Source of the DNA: a virus
Taxonomy: Duplodnaviria; Caudoviricetes
DNA: 32,538 nt
Reading direction: 5' to 3' (one strand)
IMG/VR virus record: IMGVR_UViG_3300025267_000065
Coordinates: 1 to 32,538 of that record
Shown: one piece after another, positions 24,497 to 32,538 of the stretch
How the letters are laid out: each line of letters begins with the position of its first letter
Position numbering within the stretch: position 1 is the stretch's first letter
Position numbers and translations under genes: made by a program
The notes under the pieces: generated by a model
Database searches by the model: none
What the model was told of the DNA's origin: nothing
Seen by the model: only the letters and a program-made list of their open reading frames with translations

Positions 24497-26468
24497 AAAA
24501 GTAACAGAAGAAGAATTAGTCAGCAGGATACAAAGTGAGATAACTGACTCGCTAGGCTATGGTGATGAGATTTCCAAGCAGCGTGAGATGGCTATGGAAT
24601 ATTACTATTCCCTTCCTTTTGGTAACGAGGTTGAAGGACGTAGCCAGTTTGTAGATTCAACAGTACAGGATACTATTGAATGGATCAAACCTTCCCTTAT
24701 GCGTATCTTTGCCTCTGGCGATGAAATGGTTAAATTTTCTCCTCATGGGCCGGAGGATGTGGAGGCTGCTGCCCAAGCCACGGACTACGTAAACTATGTG
24801 TTTACTAAAGATAATCCGGGTTGGGAGATTCTATACTCATGGTTTACTGATGCCCTTCTACAGAAGAATGGGATAGTAAAGGTATTCTGGGACGAGTATA
24901 CTGACTCAGAAAGAGAGGAGTACCACAACCTAAATGAGATGGAACTGGAAGCATTAACCAACCATCCGCACGTAGAAGTTATAGAGCATTCATCCTTTGA
25001 CGGTGTTGAGGATGGAGAACCTGCAATATTGAATGATGTTGTTGTGAAGAGAACTAATACTGACGGTAAGGTTATAATAGAGAATGTTCCGCCAGATGAA
25101 TTTCTTATCTCCAGAGAAGCGAAGAATATACAGAATGCACGATTTATATGCCATCGAGTAAGGAAGACCCTATCTGATCTTAGGCTGATGTATCCCGACC
25201 AAGACCTTGATCCTGAAGATTTAGGTGCAGGAGAAGATGAAGGCGGTACGCAGAGTACATGGTTTGGGGAAAGGTCTGCTCGATATATGTATGACGAATC
25301 CGGGATTAACGCTGGCATCGGTATCGGTGCTTCTCCGCAGGAAGAAGCGTTACAGGAGTATTGGCTACATGAAAGTTTCATAAAGACAGATTTTGACGGT
25401 GATGGTATTGCTGAACTTAGGAAAGTATGTACTGTAGGCAGGTACGTCCTTGCCAATGAAGAGATAGATACGATACCATTTGTTTCTATCACACCGATTA
25501 AGATACCGCATAAGTTCTTCGGGCTTTCAGTCGCTGACCTTGTGATGACGCTCCAGTTATATAAAAGCGTCCTAATGAGGAATCTTCTGGATAATATGTA
25601 CAATCAGAACTTTGGACGGTATGCGGTTTTAGAAGGGCAAGCAAACTTGGATGATTTGCTTACGCAACGTCCGGGCGGTGTAGTCAGGGTTAAATCACCC
25701 AATGCCGTCACACCTCTTGCCACACCACCTTTGGAACCTTATTCTTTTCAGATGCTTGAGTACATAGATGAGATAAGAGAAGCGAGGGCAGGTGTCAGTA
25801 AACATTCTCAAGGACTGAACGATGCCGCTCTTACTTCCCATACTACTGCTACTGCTGTTAACGCTGTACTGACAAATGCCCAATCAAGAGTTGAACTGAT
25901 TGCAAGGAATTTTGCAGAGACAGGCGTGAAAGATTTAATGCGCCGGATATATGAACTACTACTGAAAAATCAGGACAAGAGACGAGTTGTGATGCTGAGA
26001 GAAGAGTGGGTTCCTGTCAGGCCAGATATGTGGAGTGACAAGATGGACTGCACTGTTTCCGTTGCGCTTGGTAATGGTAACAAGGATCAGCAGATGATGC
26101 ATCTGTCTGCAATAATAGATTTTGCATCTCAGGCTCTATCTGGAGGACTTCCTATAGTTACTCCTGAGAATCTATATAATCTGGGTAGTTCGCTTATAAA
26201 GGCTATGGGTTACCAGAATGTAGACGACTTCATTACTCCTCCACCTACTGAGGAAGAGTTAGCAGAGGAAGGACCAGACCCAGAAGCAGAGGCTGCGGAA
26301 ATGGAGATGCAGTTAAAACATAAAGAACTTGAAATAAAACAGGGAGAACTTCAAGTCAAGATGATGAAAGTACAGAACGAAGCAGCCAAAACACAGATTG
26401 ATTCCCAGTTAAAGGCTGCGGAATTGAATCTTGAGGCTGAACAGAATAGGCCAGTTGCTATAGGATGA
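24483..26468 (+). CDS. Portal protein (P22-like, with C-terminal coiled-coil barrel)
   Basis: 661 aa after TerL; D.L....G..KV.W, V.IE.V.P.EF, TATA motif; Q/E/K-rich tail. Confidence 0.92.
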   Translation: MALSEKVTEEELVSRIQSEITDSLGYGDEISKQREMAMEYYYSLPFGNEVEGRSQFVDSTVQDTIEWIKPSLMRIFASGDEMVKFSPHGPEDVEAAAQATDYVNYVFTKDNPGWEILYSWFTDALLQKNGIVKVFWDEYTDSEREEYHNLNEMELEALTNHPHVEVIEHSSFDGVEDGEPAILNDVVVKRTNTDGKVIIENVPPDEFLISREAKNIQNARFICHRVRKTLSDLRLMYPDQDLDPEDLGAGEDEGGTQSTWFGERSARYMYDESGINAGIGIGASPQEEALQEYWLHESFIKTDFDGDGIAELRKVCTVGRYVLANEEIDTIPFVSITPIKIPHKFFGLSVADLVMTLQLYKSVLMRNLLDNMYNQNFGRYAVLEGQANLDDLLTQRPGGVVRVKSPNAVTPLATPPLEPYSFQMLEYIDEIREARAGVSKHSQGLNDAALTSHTTATAVNAVLTNAQSRVELIARNFAETGVKDLMRRIYELLLKNQDKRRVVMLREEWVPVRPDMWSDKMDCTVSVALGNGNKDQQMMHLSAIIDFASQALSGGLPIVTPENLYNLGSSLIKAMGYQNVDDFITPPPTEEELAEEGPDPEAEAAEMEMQLKHKELEIKQGELQVKMMKVQNEAAKTQIDSQLKAAELNLEAEQNRPVAIG

Positions 26469-26707
26469 CTGACCAACTAAGGGAAGAAAAAGCGAACCGC
26501 CTTCTTTCCGACCCATTATTTAATGAAGCGTTAGATACGCTTGAGTCGAATATCAAGGACACTTGGTACAATACAGGTATCCATGATGGCGAAGCCAGAG
26601 AACAATGCTGGCTTTCTTTAAGACTCTTGGAACGGATACGCCTTCATCTAACCAGTATTATTGAAACTGGAGAGATGGCGAAGAAGTTACAAGAATATCA
26701 TCTATAA
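26465..26707 (+). CDS. Conserved small protein between portal and scaffold
   Basis: A..LL.DPLF.EA......W......RE..W......G; coupled to the portal gene. Confidence 0.75.
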   Translation: MTDQLREEKANRLLSDPLFNEALDTLESNIKDTWYNTGIHDGEAREQCWLSLRLLERIRLHLTSIIETGEMAKKLQEYHL

Positions 26708-26718
26708 GGAGACTTATC

Positions 26719-27741
26719 ATGGCGGAAAATCCAACGAACCCGCTAACACAAAACGCGCAAGAAGGAAGTTTAATAGAAGCGCAAAACTCGCTACTGAGGA
26801 TGCTGGAACCTGAGAAGGAAACTCCAGAAACTGAGGAAGCACAACCTACCGAAGAAGAAGAGTCCACTGAGGAAACTCAAGACGAATCATTGGAAGAGGA
26901 AACCGAGGAGGAAGTCGAAGAGACTGAATCTGAAGAGTCTGAGGAAGAGACTGAAGAGAACCCTTTATATGCTGTCACCGTAAACGGTGAAGAGCAGGAG
27001 GTGTCTCTCGAAGAACTCACGAAAGGTTATTCACGCCAATCAGACTATACTCGTAAGACGCAAGAACTTGCAAGCGAAAGAAATAACATGGCCCAACTCC
27101 AAGAGCAATGGGCTTCGGAAATTTCTCAAGCACAAAACGAGCGTCAGCAATACGTTAACGCACTTGGACAAATTGTTCAACAGTCTATGATCGGATTAGA
27201 GCAATTCAATGATGTTGATTGGGACACTCTAAAAGAAGAAGATCCGATAGCATGGGTTACTAAAAACCAAGAACTTAAGGATGCACAAGAGCGCATAAGA
27301 ACCTACCAGCATCAGGCGATTCAGGCTGAAAAGCAAAGTAATCAAGAAGTTGCTAAGATGAGGGCTATGGCTGCTCAAGAGGAGCATAAGAAGTTAGTAC
27401 AAGTTCTACCTGAATGGTCAGATAATGAAGCAAGAGGTAAGTTAGCCACTGATCTTTGGTCGTATGCTACGACTCAAGGATTTACGGAAAACGAACTAAA
27501 TGAAGTTATCGACCATCGACAGTTTTTAGTTCTAATGAAGGCTAAGAAGTATGATGACCTTCAGAATGCCGATGTTAAATCGAAAAAGATAAAGAACAAA
27601 CCCAAAGTGATACGTGCAGGCAAAGGTACTAACAAGAAACAAACTGCATCTAGTAAACGTAATGCACAAATGAAGCGTCTCCGACAAACAGGCCACGTTG
27701 ATGACGCAGCCAATTTGTTGGAAGATATGTATAAATCCTAA
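26719..27741 (+). CDS. Capsid scaffolding protein
   Basis: Acidic N-terminus, V.V.GEE.EV.L.EL..GY.RQ.DYTRKTQELA, coiled coil; TAAGGAG SD. Confidence 0.9.
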   Translation: MAENPTNPLTQNAQEGSLIEAQNSLLRMLEPEKETPETEEAQPTEEEESTEETQDESLEEETEEEVEETESEESEEETEENPLYAVTVNGEEQEVSLEELTKGYSRQSDYTRKTQELASERNNMAQLQEQWASEISQAQNERQQYVNALGQIVQQSMIGLEQFNDVDWDTLKEEDPIAWVTKNQELKDAQERIRTYQHQAIQAEKQSNQEVAKMRAMAAQEEHKKLVQVLPEWSDNEARGKLATDLWSYATTQGFTENELNEVIDHRQFLVLMKAKKYDDLQNADVKSKKIKNKPKVIRAGKGTNKKQTASSKRNAQMKRLRQTGHVDDAANLLEDMYKS

Positions 27742-27756
27742 ATAGGAGATAATTCT

Positions 27757-28737
27757 ATGGCTATTGCTACGAATACGTCACTCACCTATGGTGCTGTGGC
27801 TATACGCGAAGAATTATCTGACGTGATTTACAACATCGCGCCTATGGACACACCCTTTATGTCAGGCTGCTCTAAGCAGACTGCCGACAATACATTCTTT
27901 GAATGGCAAGTCGATACAATCTCTGCTGGCTCCGCTAACAGAAAGATTGAGGGCGATAACGACATCGCTGCTGACGCAAGGGTACTTCCTACGCGATTAG
28001 GAAATTACTGCCAGATAAGTCAATATGTAAACCAAACTTCCGGTACAGATCAGATGATGAACTATGCCGGGCATGGCAAAAACCAAGCCTATCAATTGGC
28101 TAAAAACGGCAAACGCATGAAGAGAGACATGGAATCCATGCTCACTCAGAATATCGTACGTGCTGCTGGTGATGCTACTGAAGCACGGGCAACAGCGGGT
28201 ATACCTGCGTGGATCAATACGGCCCACGTTGCAGGTGGTTCCGGTGGCTCTGCTGCTGCGGGTAGTCTTGGCACGACTGCGATGGTAAACAACACATCCA
28301 CGGCTGCTGCTTCAGAAGCCAACATCAAAGCAACTATCAAAGAGTGCTACGATGCTGGTGGTAGTCCTGATATGATGCTTGTGCCATCAAACGTAAAGCA
28401 GACTATTTCTGGTCTGGCTCAGTCGGTATCTGAACTTCGTACTGCTGCTAATAAAGAGGCTCCGGCCTCGGTTGTAGCCGCTGTCGACGTTTATGTATCC
28501 GATTTTGGCACGTTCAAGATTGTTCCAGATCGAAACTTGGCTGCTGATGGGCCGGGTTCTGTTGCTGCAAACATCTTCTTTTTGGACATGGACTTCTGGG
28601 CCATTGCATGGCTCCGTCCTTTCCAGACAGTCGATCTTGCAAAGACGGGTGACTCTGTGAAACAGTTACTGCTTGCTGAATATGGACTCGTTTCTAAAAA
28701 CGAGAAAGCCAGCGGTATTCTCGCATCTGTGAGTTAA
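27757..28737 (+). CDS. Major capsid protein (DUF5309/SU10-like HK97 fold)
   Basis: RE.LSD.I.NI.P.DTPF, EWQ.D, N.CQI, K.MKRD.E, SDFG, LAKTGD...EY.L; AGGAG SD. Confidence 0.93.
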   Translation: MAIATNTSLTYGAVAIREELSDVIYNIAPMDTPFMSGCSKQTADNTFFEWQVDTISAGSANRKIEGDNDIAADARVLPTRLGNYCQISQYVNQTSGTDQMMNYAGHGKNQAYQLAKNGKRMKRDMESMLTQNIVRAAGDATEARATAGIPAWINTAHVAGGSGGSAAAGSLGTTAMVNNTSTAAASEANIKATIKECYDAGGSPDMMLVPSNVKQTISGLAQSVSELRTAANKEAPASVVAAVDVYVSDFGTFKIVPDRNLAADGPGSVAANIFFLDMDFWAIAWLRPFQTVDLAKTGDSVKQLLLAEYGLVSKNEKASGILASVS

Positions 28738-28744
28738 TAAGGAA

Positions 28745-28766
28745 GGGGGTGGGGAAACTCACCCCC
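28745..28766 (+). terminator. GC-rich stem-loop after the capsid gene (weak terminator or mRNA stabiliser)
   Basis: GGGGGTGGG-GAAA-CTCACCCCC, 9 bp with a GNRA loop; no proper U-tract. Confidence 0.55.
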
Positions 28767-28774
28767 AACTTACT

Positions 28775-28942
28775 ATGAAAAAGAAAAACCCTGATGTTAC
28801 AGTAAGCAAACAAAAGAAAGTCAACGCAAAGGTTGACAAGCCTAAAGAACCAACAGATGCTATCGGATGGTTAAAGAAGGCGTATATTGATAATAATCCG
28901 TCCGATGGCTCACCGAAAGTAGGGAACATAGGTTATGTCTGA
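28775..28942 (+). CDS. 55-aa basic hypothetical protein MKKKNPDVTVSKQKK... (not in ORF track)
   Basis: Fills the gap between the capsid hairpin and the next gene, and overlaps it. Confidence 0.55.
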   Translation: MKKKNPDVTVSKQKKVNAKVDKPKEPTDAIGWLKKAYIDNNPSDGSPKVGNIGYV

Positions 28943-29261
28943 TAAATTTATTGTTGATAGTGATGGCGTACGCAGCACTGAAATGCAGTTCGATCAAACT
29001 GATAATACCTTTAACTTTAAGACTGTGCAGGATGCTACTCCCATACTTGACGATAACAAGGCAAGATACAATGCATTCGGAGATAAACTATCTCTTGGTA
29101 AACGGGGTGAGTGGCATCATGCTGCTTCTGTTCCAATTACAATGTGGGAGAAGTGGATGAAAGACTCCAATGGTGAAATTGCAAAAGACAGCAAACTGCT
29201 TGCTGCTTACTTAAATAACCCTGACTATAAGTATTTTAAAGTAGCCCCGACCAACATATAA
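28935..29261 (+). CDS. Conserved capsid-adjacent protein
   Basis: QD..PILD.NK...W.H.AS.P.....W...LN.PDY..F pattern. Confidence 0.75.
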   Translation: MSDKFIVDSDGVRSTEMQFDQTDNTFNFKTVQDATPILDDNKARYNAFGDKLSLGKRGEWHHAASVPITMWEKWMKDSNGEIAKDSKLLAAYLNNPDYKYFKVAPTNI

Positions 29262-29271
29262 GGTAAAAGAT

Positions 29272-29565
29272 ATGATTGACCTAAGTAACATTTTAAGACC
29301 ACAAAGTACAACCCACACATTAAGCGCGACTACTTCCAGTGGTGCCACCCAAACATCTGCATTTGCAGCAGAAATACAGACAATTATGGTGACTGCAACT
29401 TCTGGCTGTTTCGTTGCTTTTGGTGCATCGCCTACTGCTGCAACAACTTCAACATACATTGCAGCGGATACCCCATATTTGTTTCGAGTAAATGGCTCAG
29501 ATAAGTGCGCGGCAATTACTGGAACAGGTACAGCATCGGTCTACATCACTGAAATGAGTAGATGA
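29272..29565 (+). CDS. Small beta-rich virion protein
   Basis: Ser/Thr/Ala-rich; FG..PTA...YI.A...K.AAI...G...ITE. Confidence 0.7.
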   Translation: MIDLSNILRPQSTTHTLSATTSSGATQTSAFAAEIQTIMVTATSGCFVAFGASPTAATTSTYIAADTPYLFRVNGSDKCAAITGTGTASVYITEMSR

Positions 29566-30227
29566 AGCAAGTCGCTATTGTAGGGCTTTCTCCTTCAACT
29601 CACGATGATGCTCCTTACACCGATCCTAATTGGGAGGTGTGGGGTTTACCGTGGGATAATGGAAAGTATCCCTACTTTGATAGGTTGTTTGATATACACC
29701 CGCTAGAATGTATAAAGGAGGCTATCCCTTCTTTCTACCAACCTAACTATTTGGACAGATTAAGAGGCTTAGATGTTACCTTATATATGCAGGAAGCATA
29801 CGATGAGATACCTAATGCTACTAAGTATCCTTTAGATGAGGTGTCTGCTCTTGTTGGAGACTACTACAATTCATCTATAGCCTATATGCTAGGATTGGCT
29901 ATTTATGAGGGGTATGAAAAGATAGCCCTATGGGGGGTTGATCTAATTGGTCAGGGTGGTTGGGGCCATGCTGATGAGTATATGGATGAACGTCCTAATG
30001 TAGAATACCTACTAGGATTTGCACGTGGTAAAGGTATCGAAGTGTGGACTCCAGATGTGTGTCCACTACTTAAATTTGGGGGGAGGTTTCCGCTTGGTAA
30101 GGTTATACCTAACTATGGAGAGCGGTATGGTTTTCTAAAAGAACCCAATGACTTCTCTTATATAACCCCACCCCCACCTGATTGGAAGGGTCACTCAAGG
30201 CCACCGGAATATAGAAAATGGCAATAG
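29562..30227 (+). CDS. Putative glycosyltransferase-like enzyme (sialyltransferase/Maf DUF115-type fold)
   Basis: N-terminal VAIVG..PS and C-terminal SS.AYM..LAI..GY..I.LWGVD pattern. Confidence 0.5.
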   Translation: MKQVAIVGLSPSTHDDAPYTDPNWEVWGLPWDNGKYPYFDRLFDIHPLECIKEAIPSFYQPNYLDRLRGLDVTLYMQEAYDEIPNATKYPLDEVSALVGDYYNSSIAYMLGLAIYEGYEKIALWGVDLIGQGGWGHADEYMDERPNVEYLLGFARGKGIEVWTPDVCPLLKFGGRFPLGKVIPNYGERYGFLKEPNDFSYITPPPPDWKGHSRPPEYRKWQ

Positions 30228-30844
30228 GAACTTACGCAGAATTACAAACGGCTGTAGCCAACTGGTTAGACAGAGATGATCTAACTGACAGAATACCTGA
30301 GTTTATTGCTTTGTCTGAAGCAAGAATGAACAGAGTATTACGTCTAAGAATGATGGAAAGCAAGTATACTGCGTCAACTGTAGCATCGCAAAGAAACTAT
30401 GCGCTGCCTACAGGGTATATACAGATGCGTAACTTTCAATTGAATACTAGCCCAATAACCGCACTTCAGTATGTAACTCCTGAAATATACGACAGGTTAT
30501 GGGGTGGGAGTAATTCTGGCACACCGCAGTTCTACACTATTATTGCTGGCGAATTACAGTTAGGCCCGATACCTGCTTCTGTTATGACGATGGAGATGCT
30601 ATTTTATAAGAAGATTTCTTCTCTTTCTCCAACCAATACTACTGAGACTATGCTGACTGAGAATCCAGACATCTATCTTTATGGCGCATTGTTAGAGGCA
30701 GAACCATTTATAATGAATGATGAGCGTGTACCACTTTGGATGCAAGGCTTTAGTCAGGCTGTAGCCGATCTACAGGAACAGGATAATAAGGACCGTCACT
30801 CAGGTTCTGCATTGAGAGTGATGAATACAGGTGGCTACTATTGA
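30218..30844 (+). CDS. Head-to-tail adaptor / tail tubular protein
   Basis: TYAELQ.AVA.WL.R.DLT..IP.FI.L.EA...R.LR...PD.YLYG.L.EA.PF..DER...W. Confidence 0.85.
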   Translation: MAIGTYAELQTAVANWLDRDDLTDRIPEFIALSEARMNRVLRLRMMESKYTASTVASQRNYALPTGYIQMRNFQLNTSPITALQYVTPEIYDRLWGGSNSGTPQFYTIIAGELQLGPIPASVMTMEMLFYKKISSLSPTNTTETMLTENPDIYLYGALLEAEPFIMNDERVPLWMQGFSQAVADLQEQDNKDRHSGSALRVMNTGGYY

Positions 30845-31398
30845 CAGCCCCTATTACATGGGCGCAAGCCACTGCTCCAATCCTATGGAGCAACATAGGG
30901 ATAGATTGGGATACCCCTGCTAAAGCAAATACTTGCACTCTTGCTATAACAGATGGTTACACATCCTCTTCAGACCATACACTAGGAGAAAGTATAGCCT
31001 TTGCTCTGAATTCAGGGTTCACTGATTCTTCTGTACTAGATGCTATTGGTGCAGCGACATTTGCAACTAATGAAGGGTTTACGAGTTCAGCAGGATTAGA
31101 CCTTGCCGAATCTGTATCCTTTGCTACTAATCTTACTGCGGTAAAGACTGCTGCACATGATCTAGTAGAGAGTATTACTTATGCCTTGGATCAGGGTTAT
31201 ACGACTGCGGGTAATCTAGCATTTGAAGATTCTGTAACATTTTCTATAAATCTAACTGGTACGTCATCATCAGCATTCTTGTGGAATCCAGAATCTGATG
31301 TTACAACGTCATGGGCTGCCGTAAGTGATCCCTCAACAACGTGGTCTAGCGTATCAGACCCATCAACAATATGGACAAAGGTGGACTATCCTAATTGA
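30841..31398 (+). CDS. Repeat-containing structural protein
   Basis: TTG start; six 20-aa repeats and three 10-aa SD..T.W repeats. Confidence 0.65.
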   Translation: MTAPITWAQATAPILWSNIGIDWDTPAKANTCTLAITDGYTSSSDHTLGESIAFALNSGFTDSSVLDAIGAATFATNEGFTSSAGLDLAESVSFATNLTAVKTAAHDLVESITYALDQGYTTAGNLAFEDSVTFSINLTGTSSSAFLWNPESDVTTSWAAVSDPSTTWSSVSDPSTIWTKVDYPN

Positions 31399-31436
31399 AC
31401 ATACAACCAGCAATGAAGGCCGATGGAGGTCTAAAA

Positions 31437-31943
31437 ATGAAACACGATACTGATTATAATATCGGCCTAAAGAATACATGGGATGTCGTTTGCTACGATT
31501 CTGACGGGCAGGAGAAGTGGCGCGAAATAAATAAAAACCTCGTAACTACAGAAGGTCTGAACCATGTATTAAGCATTGTACTTGATGGTGGAACTCAGAT
31601 CACTACGTGGTACGTAGGACTTGCAGGAGCAGGTACAAAGGCTGCTGCTGACACGATGTCATCCCATTCGGGTTGGGCAGTTGTAGCCGATTACAGTGAG
31701 TCTGTACGCCAGACCCTGACACTCGGTACTGCTGCCGCAGGGAGTATTGACAATAGCGCAAGTAAGGCTACGTTCTCTATAAACGGTACTGCTACAGTGG
31801 CAGGTGCTTTTATAACGTCCAGCAACACTAAGTCAGGAACTAGCGGTACATTGTACGGTGTCGTAGACTTTGGTTCTTCACGGTCTGTGGTATCAGGTGA
31901 CACTCTAACTGTGACGGTAACACTTACCGCAGCGAGCGCATAA
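31437..31943 (+). CDS. Tail/fibre-associated structural protein
   Basis: GGAGG SD before ATG 31437; NLV...G...L...WYVGL...F.I....V.GAF...G.L....F...V.SGDTL.VT. Confidence 0.75.
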   Translation: MKHDTDYNIGLKNTWDVVCYDSDGQEKWREINKNLVTTEGLNHVLSIVLDGGTQITTWYVGLAGAGTKAAADTMSSHSGWAVVADYSESVRQTLTLGTAAAGSIDNSASKATFSINGTATVAGAFITSSNTKSGTSGTLYGVVDFGSSRSVVSGDTLTVTVTLTAASA

Positions 31944-32218
31944 TGGCTGTCGAATCTGCAAGTTGGGTAACACAATTAGTCGATACCAACCCCGTTGTTG
32001 GTGATCCAGTTGGAGAGGGTGATGACCATCTGAGGATGCTGAAGACTGTCCTAAAGAATAGTTTTCCATCTACGTCAACTACAGCGATAGTTCCTAACGT
32101 ATCAGGACAGAGCGGAAAGTATCTGACCAACGATGGTACGGACTCATCATGGGGAACAATAACACCCGGCGATCCCGCAGGAACAGCGATAGCGATGGCG
32201 ATTGCATTAGGAGGATAG
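31943..32218 (+). CDS. Short tail-fibre-like protein
   Basis: L....P...D...GDDHLR.LK..LK..FP N-domain, GKYLT.DG...SW repeat, AIAMAIALG C-terminus. Confidence 0.75.
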   Translation: MAVESASWVTQLVDTNPVVGDPVGEGDDHLRMLKTVLKNSFPSTSTTAIVPNVSGQSGKYLTNDGTDSSWGTITPGDPAGTAIAMAIALGG

Positions 32219-32219
32219 G

Positions 32220-32538
32220 ATGGCTAACACGTTTAAGAATCAGGGGGCTGCGCTAACTACAGGCGGAGGTGTTGTCTATACTGCACCGAGCGCAACAACG
32301 TCTATTATCCATTCTTGTTATGTAAGTAATATAGATGGGTCAGCCTCAGTAGATGTAGATATAAAGGCTAGAGCAACCTCTGGAGATACTTACTACCATG
32401 TGGCTAAAAGTGTTCCTGTACCCGCTGGCTCTACCCTAGTTCTTGATAAACCTATAGACCTAGAGGCTACAGGTGACGTTCACATGACTGCCAGCGCAAA
32501 CTCTGACGCAGAGGCAGTCTTAGGTATCCTCGAAATCA
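32220..32538 (+). CDS. Tail-associated structural protein MANTFKNQG...VYTAP...LGILEI, 3'-truncated by the window
   Basis: GGAGG SD; open to the window end; MANTFK-type proteins typically follow AIAMAIALG-ending genes. Confidence 0.75.
   Translation, partial: MANTFKNQGAALTTGGGVVYTAPSATTSIIHSCYVSNIDGSASVDVDIKARATSGDTYYHVAKSVPVPAGSTLVLDKPIDLEATGDVHMTASANSDAEAVLGILEI

Noticed and set aside
24794-25603. 269-aa antisense ORF inside the portal gene
   Set aside because: Ser-rich shadow of the portal's codon bias; no SD or motifs.
1-32538. tRNA genes, CRISPR arrays, introns/inteins, reverse transcriptase/DGR, stop-codon reassignment, DnaA boxes
   Set aside because: None seen by eye. TAA, TAG and TGA all end genes, NrdJ, TerL and portal have normal lengths, and I noticed no exact DnaA box in the control region. 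A manual scan could miss degenerate cases.

Overview
This window is most of the genome of a tailed dsDNA phage with P22/podovirus-type morphogenesis, opened inside the tail region. It starts in the tail and ejection genes and ends in tail genes. (1) 1-10602 (+): end of a tail hub gene, a GNAT-like gene, six candidate ejection/internal virion proteins, then small membrane/lysis genes and an IscA/HesB-type Fe-S carrier. (2) 10589-20738 (-): the early/middle arm, with a metallophosphoesterase, PD-(D/E)XK exonuclease, SSB-like protein, class II ribonucleotide reductase, single-strand annealing protein, resolvase, ArdC-like protein and ORFans. I recognise no DNA polymerase, primase, helicase, RNA polymerase or integrase in it. 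(3) About 19480-21550: a divergent control region. (4) 21552-32538 (+): small basic proteins, lytic transglycosylase, TerS, TerL, portal, scaffold, major capsid, adaptor and tail genes. The most unusual signals are in the control region: a near-consensus chromosomal parS inside an early promoter, 16 GATC sites in about 530 bp, IHF consensus sites, two covarying H-type pseudoknots, minus-strand C-GNA-G mini-hairpins and a 200-nt element closed by a long inverted repeat. Together they suggest, as inference only, a phage that borrows host origin and partition machinery. TerL also lacks a canonical start codon for its conserved N-terminus. All product calls come from motif recognition and gene order; no searches were run.
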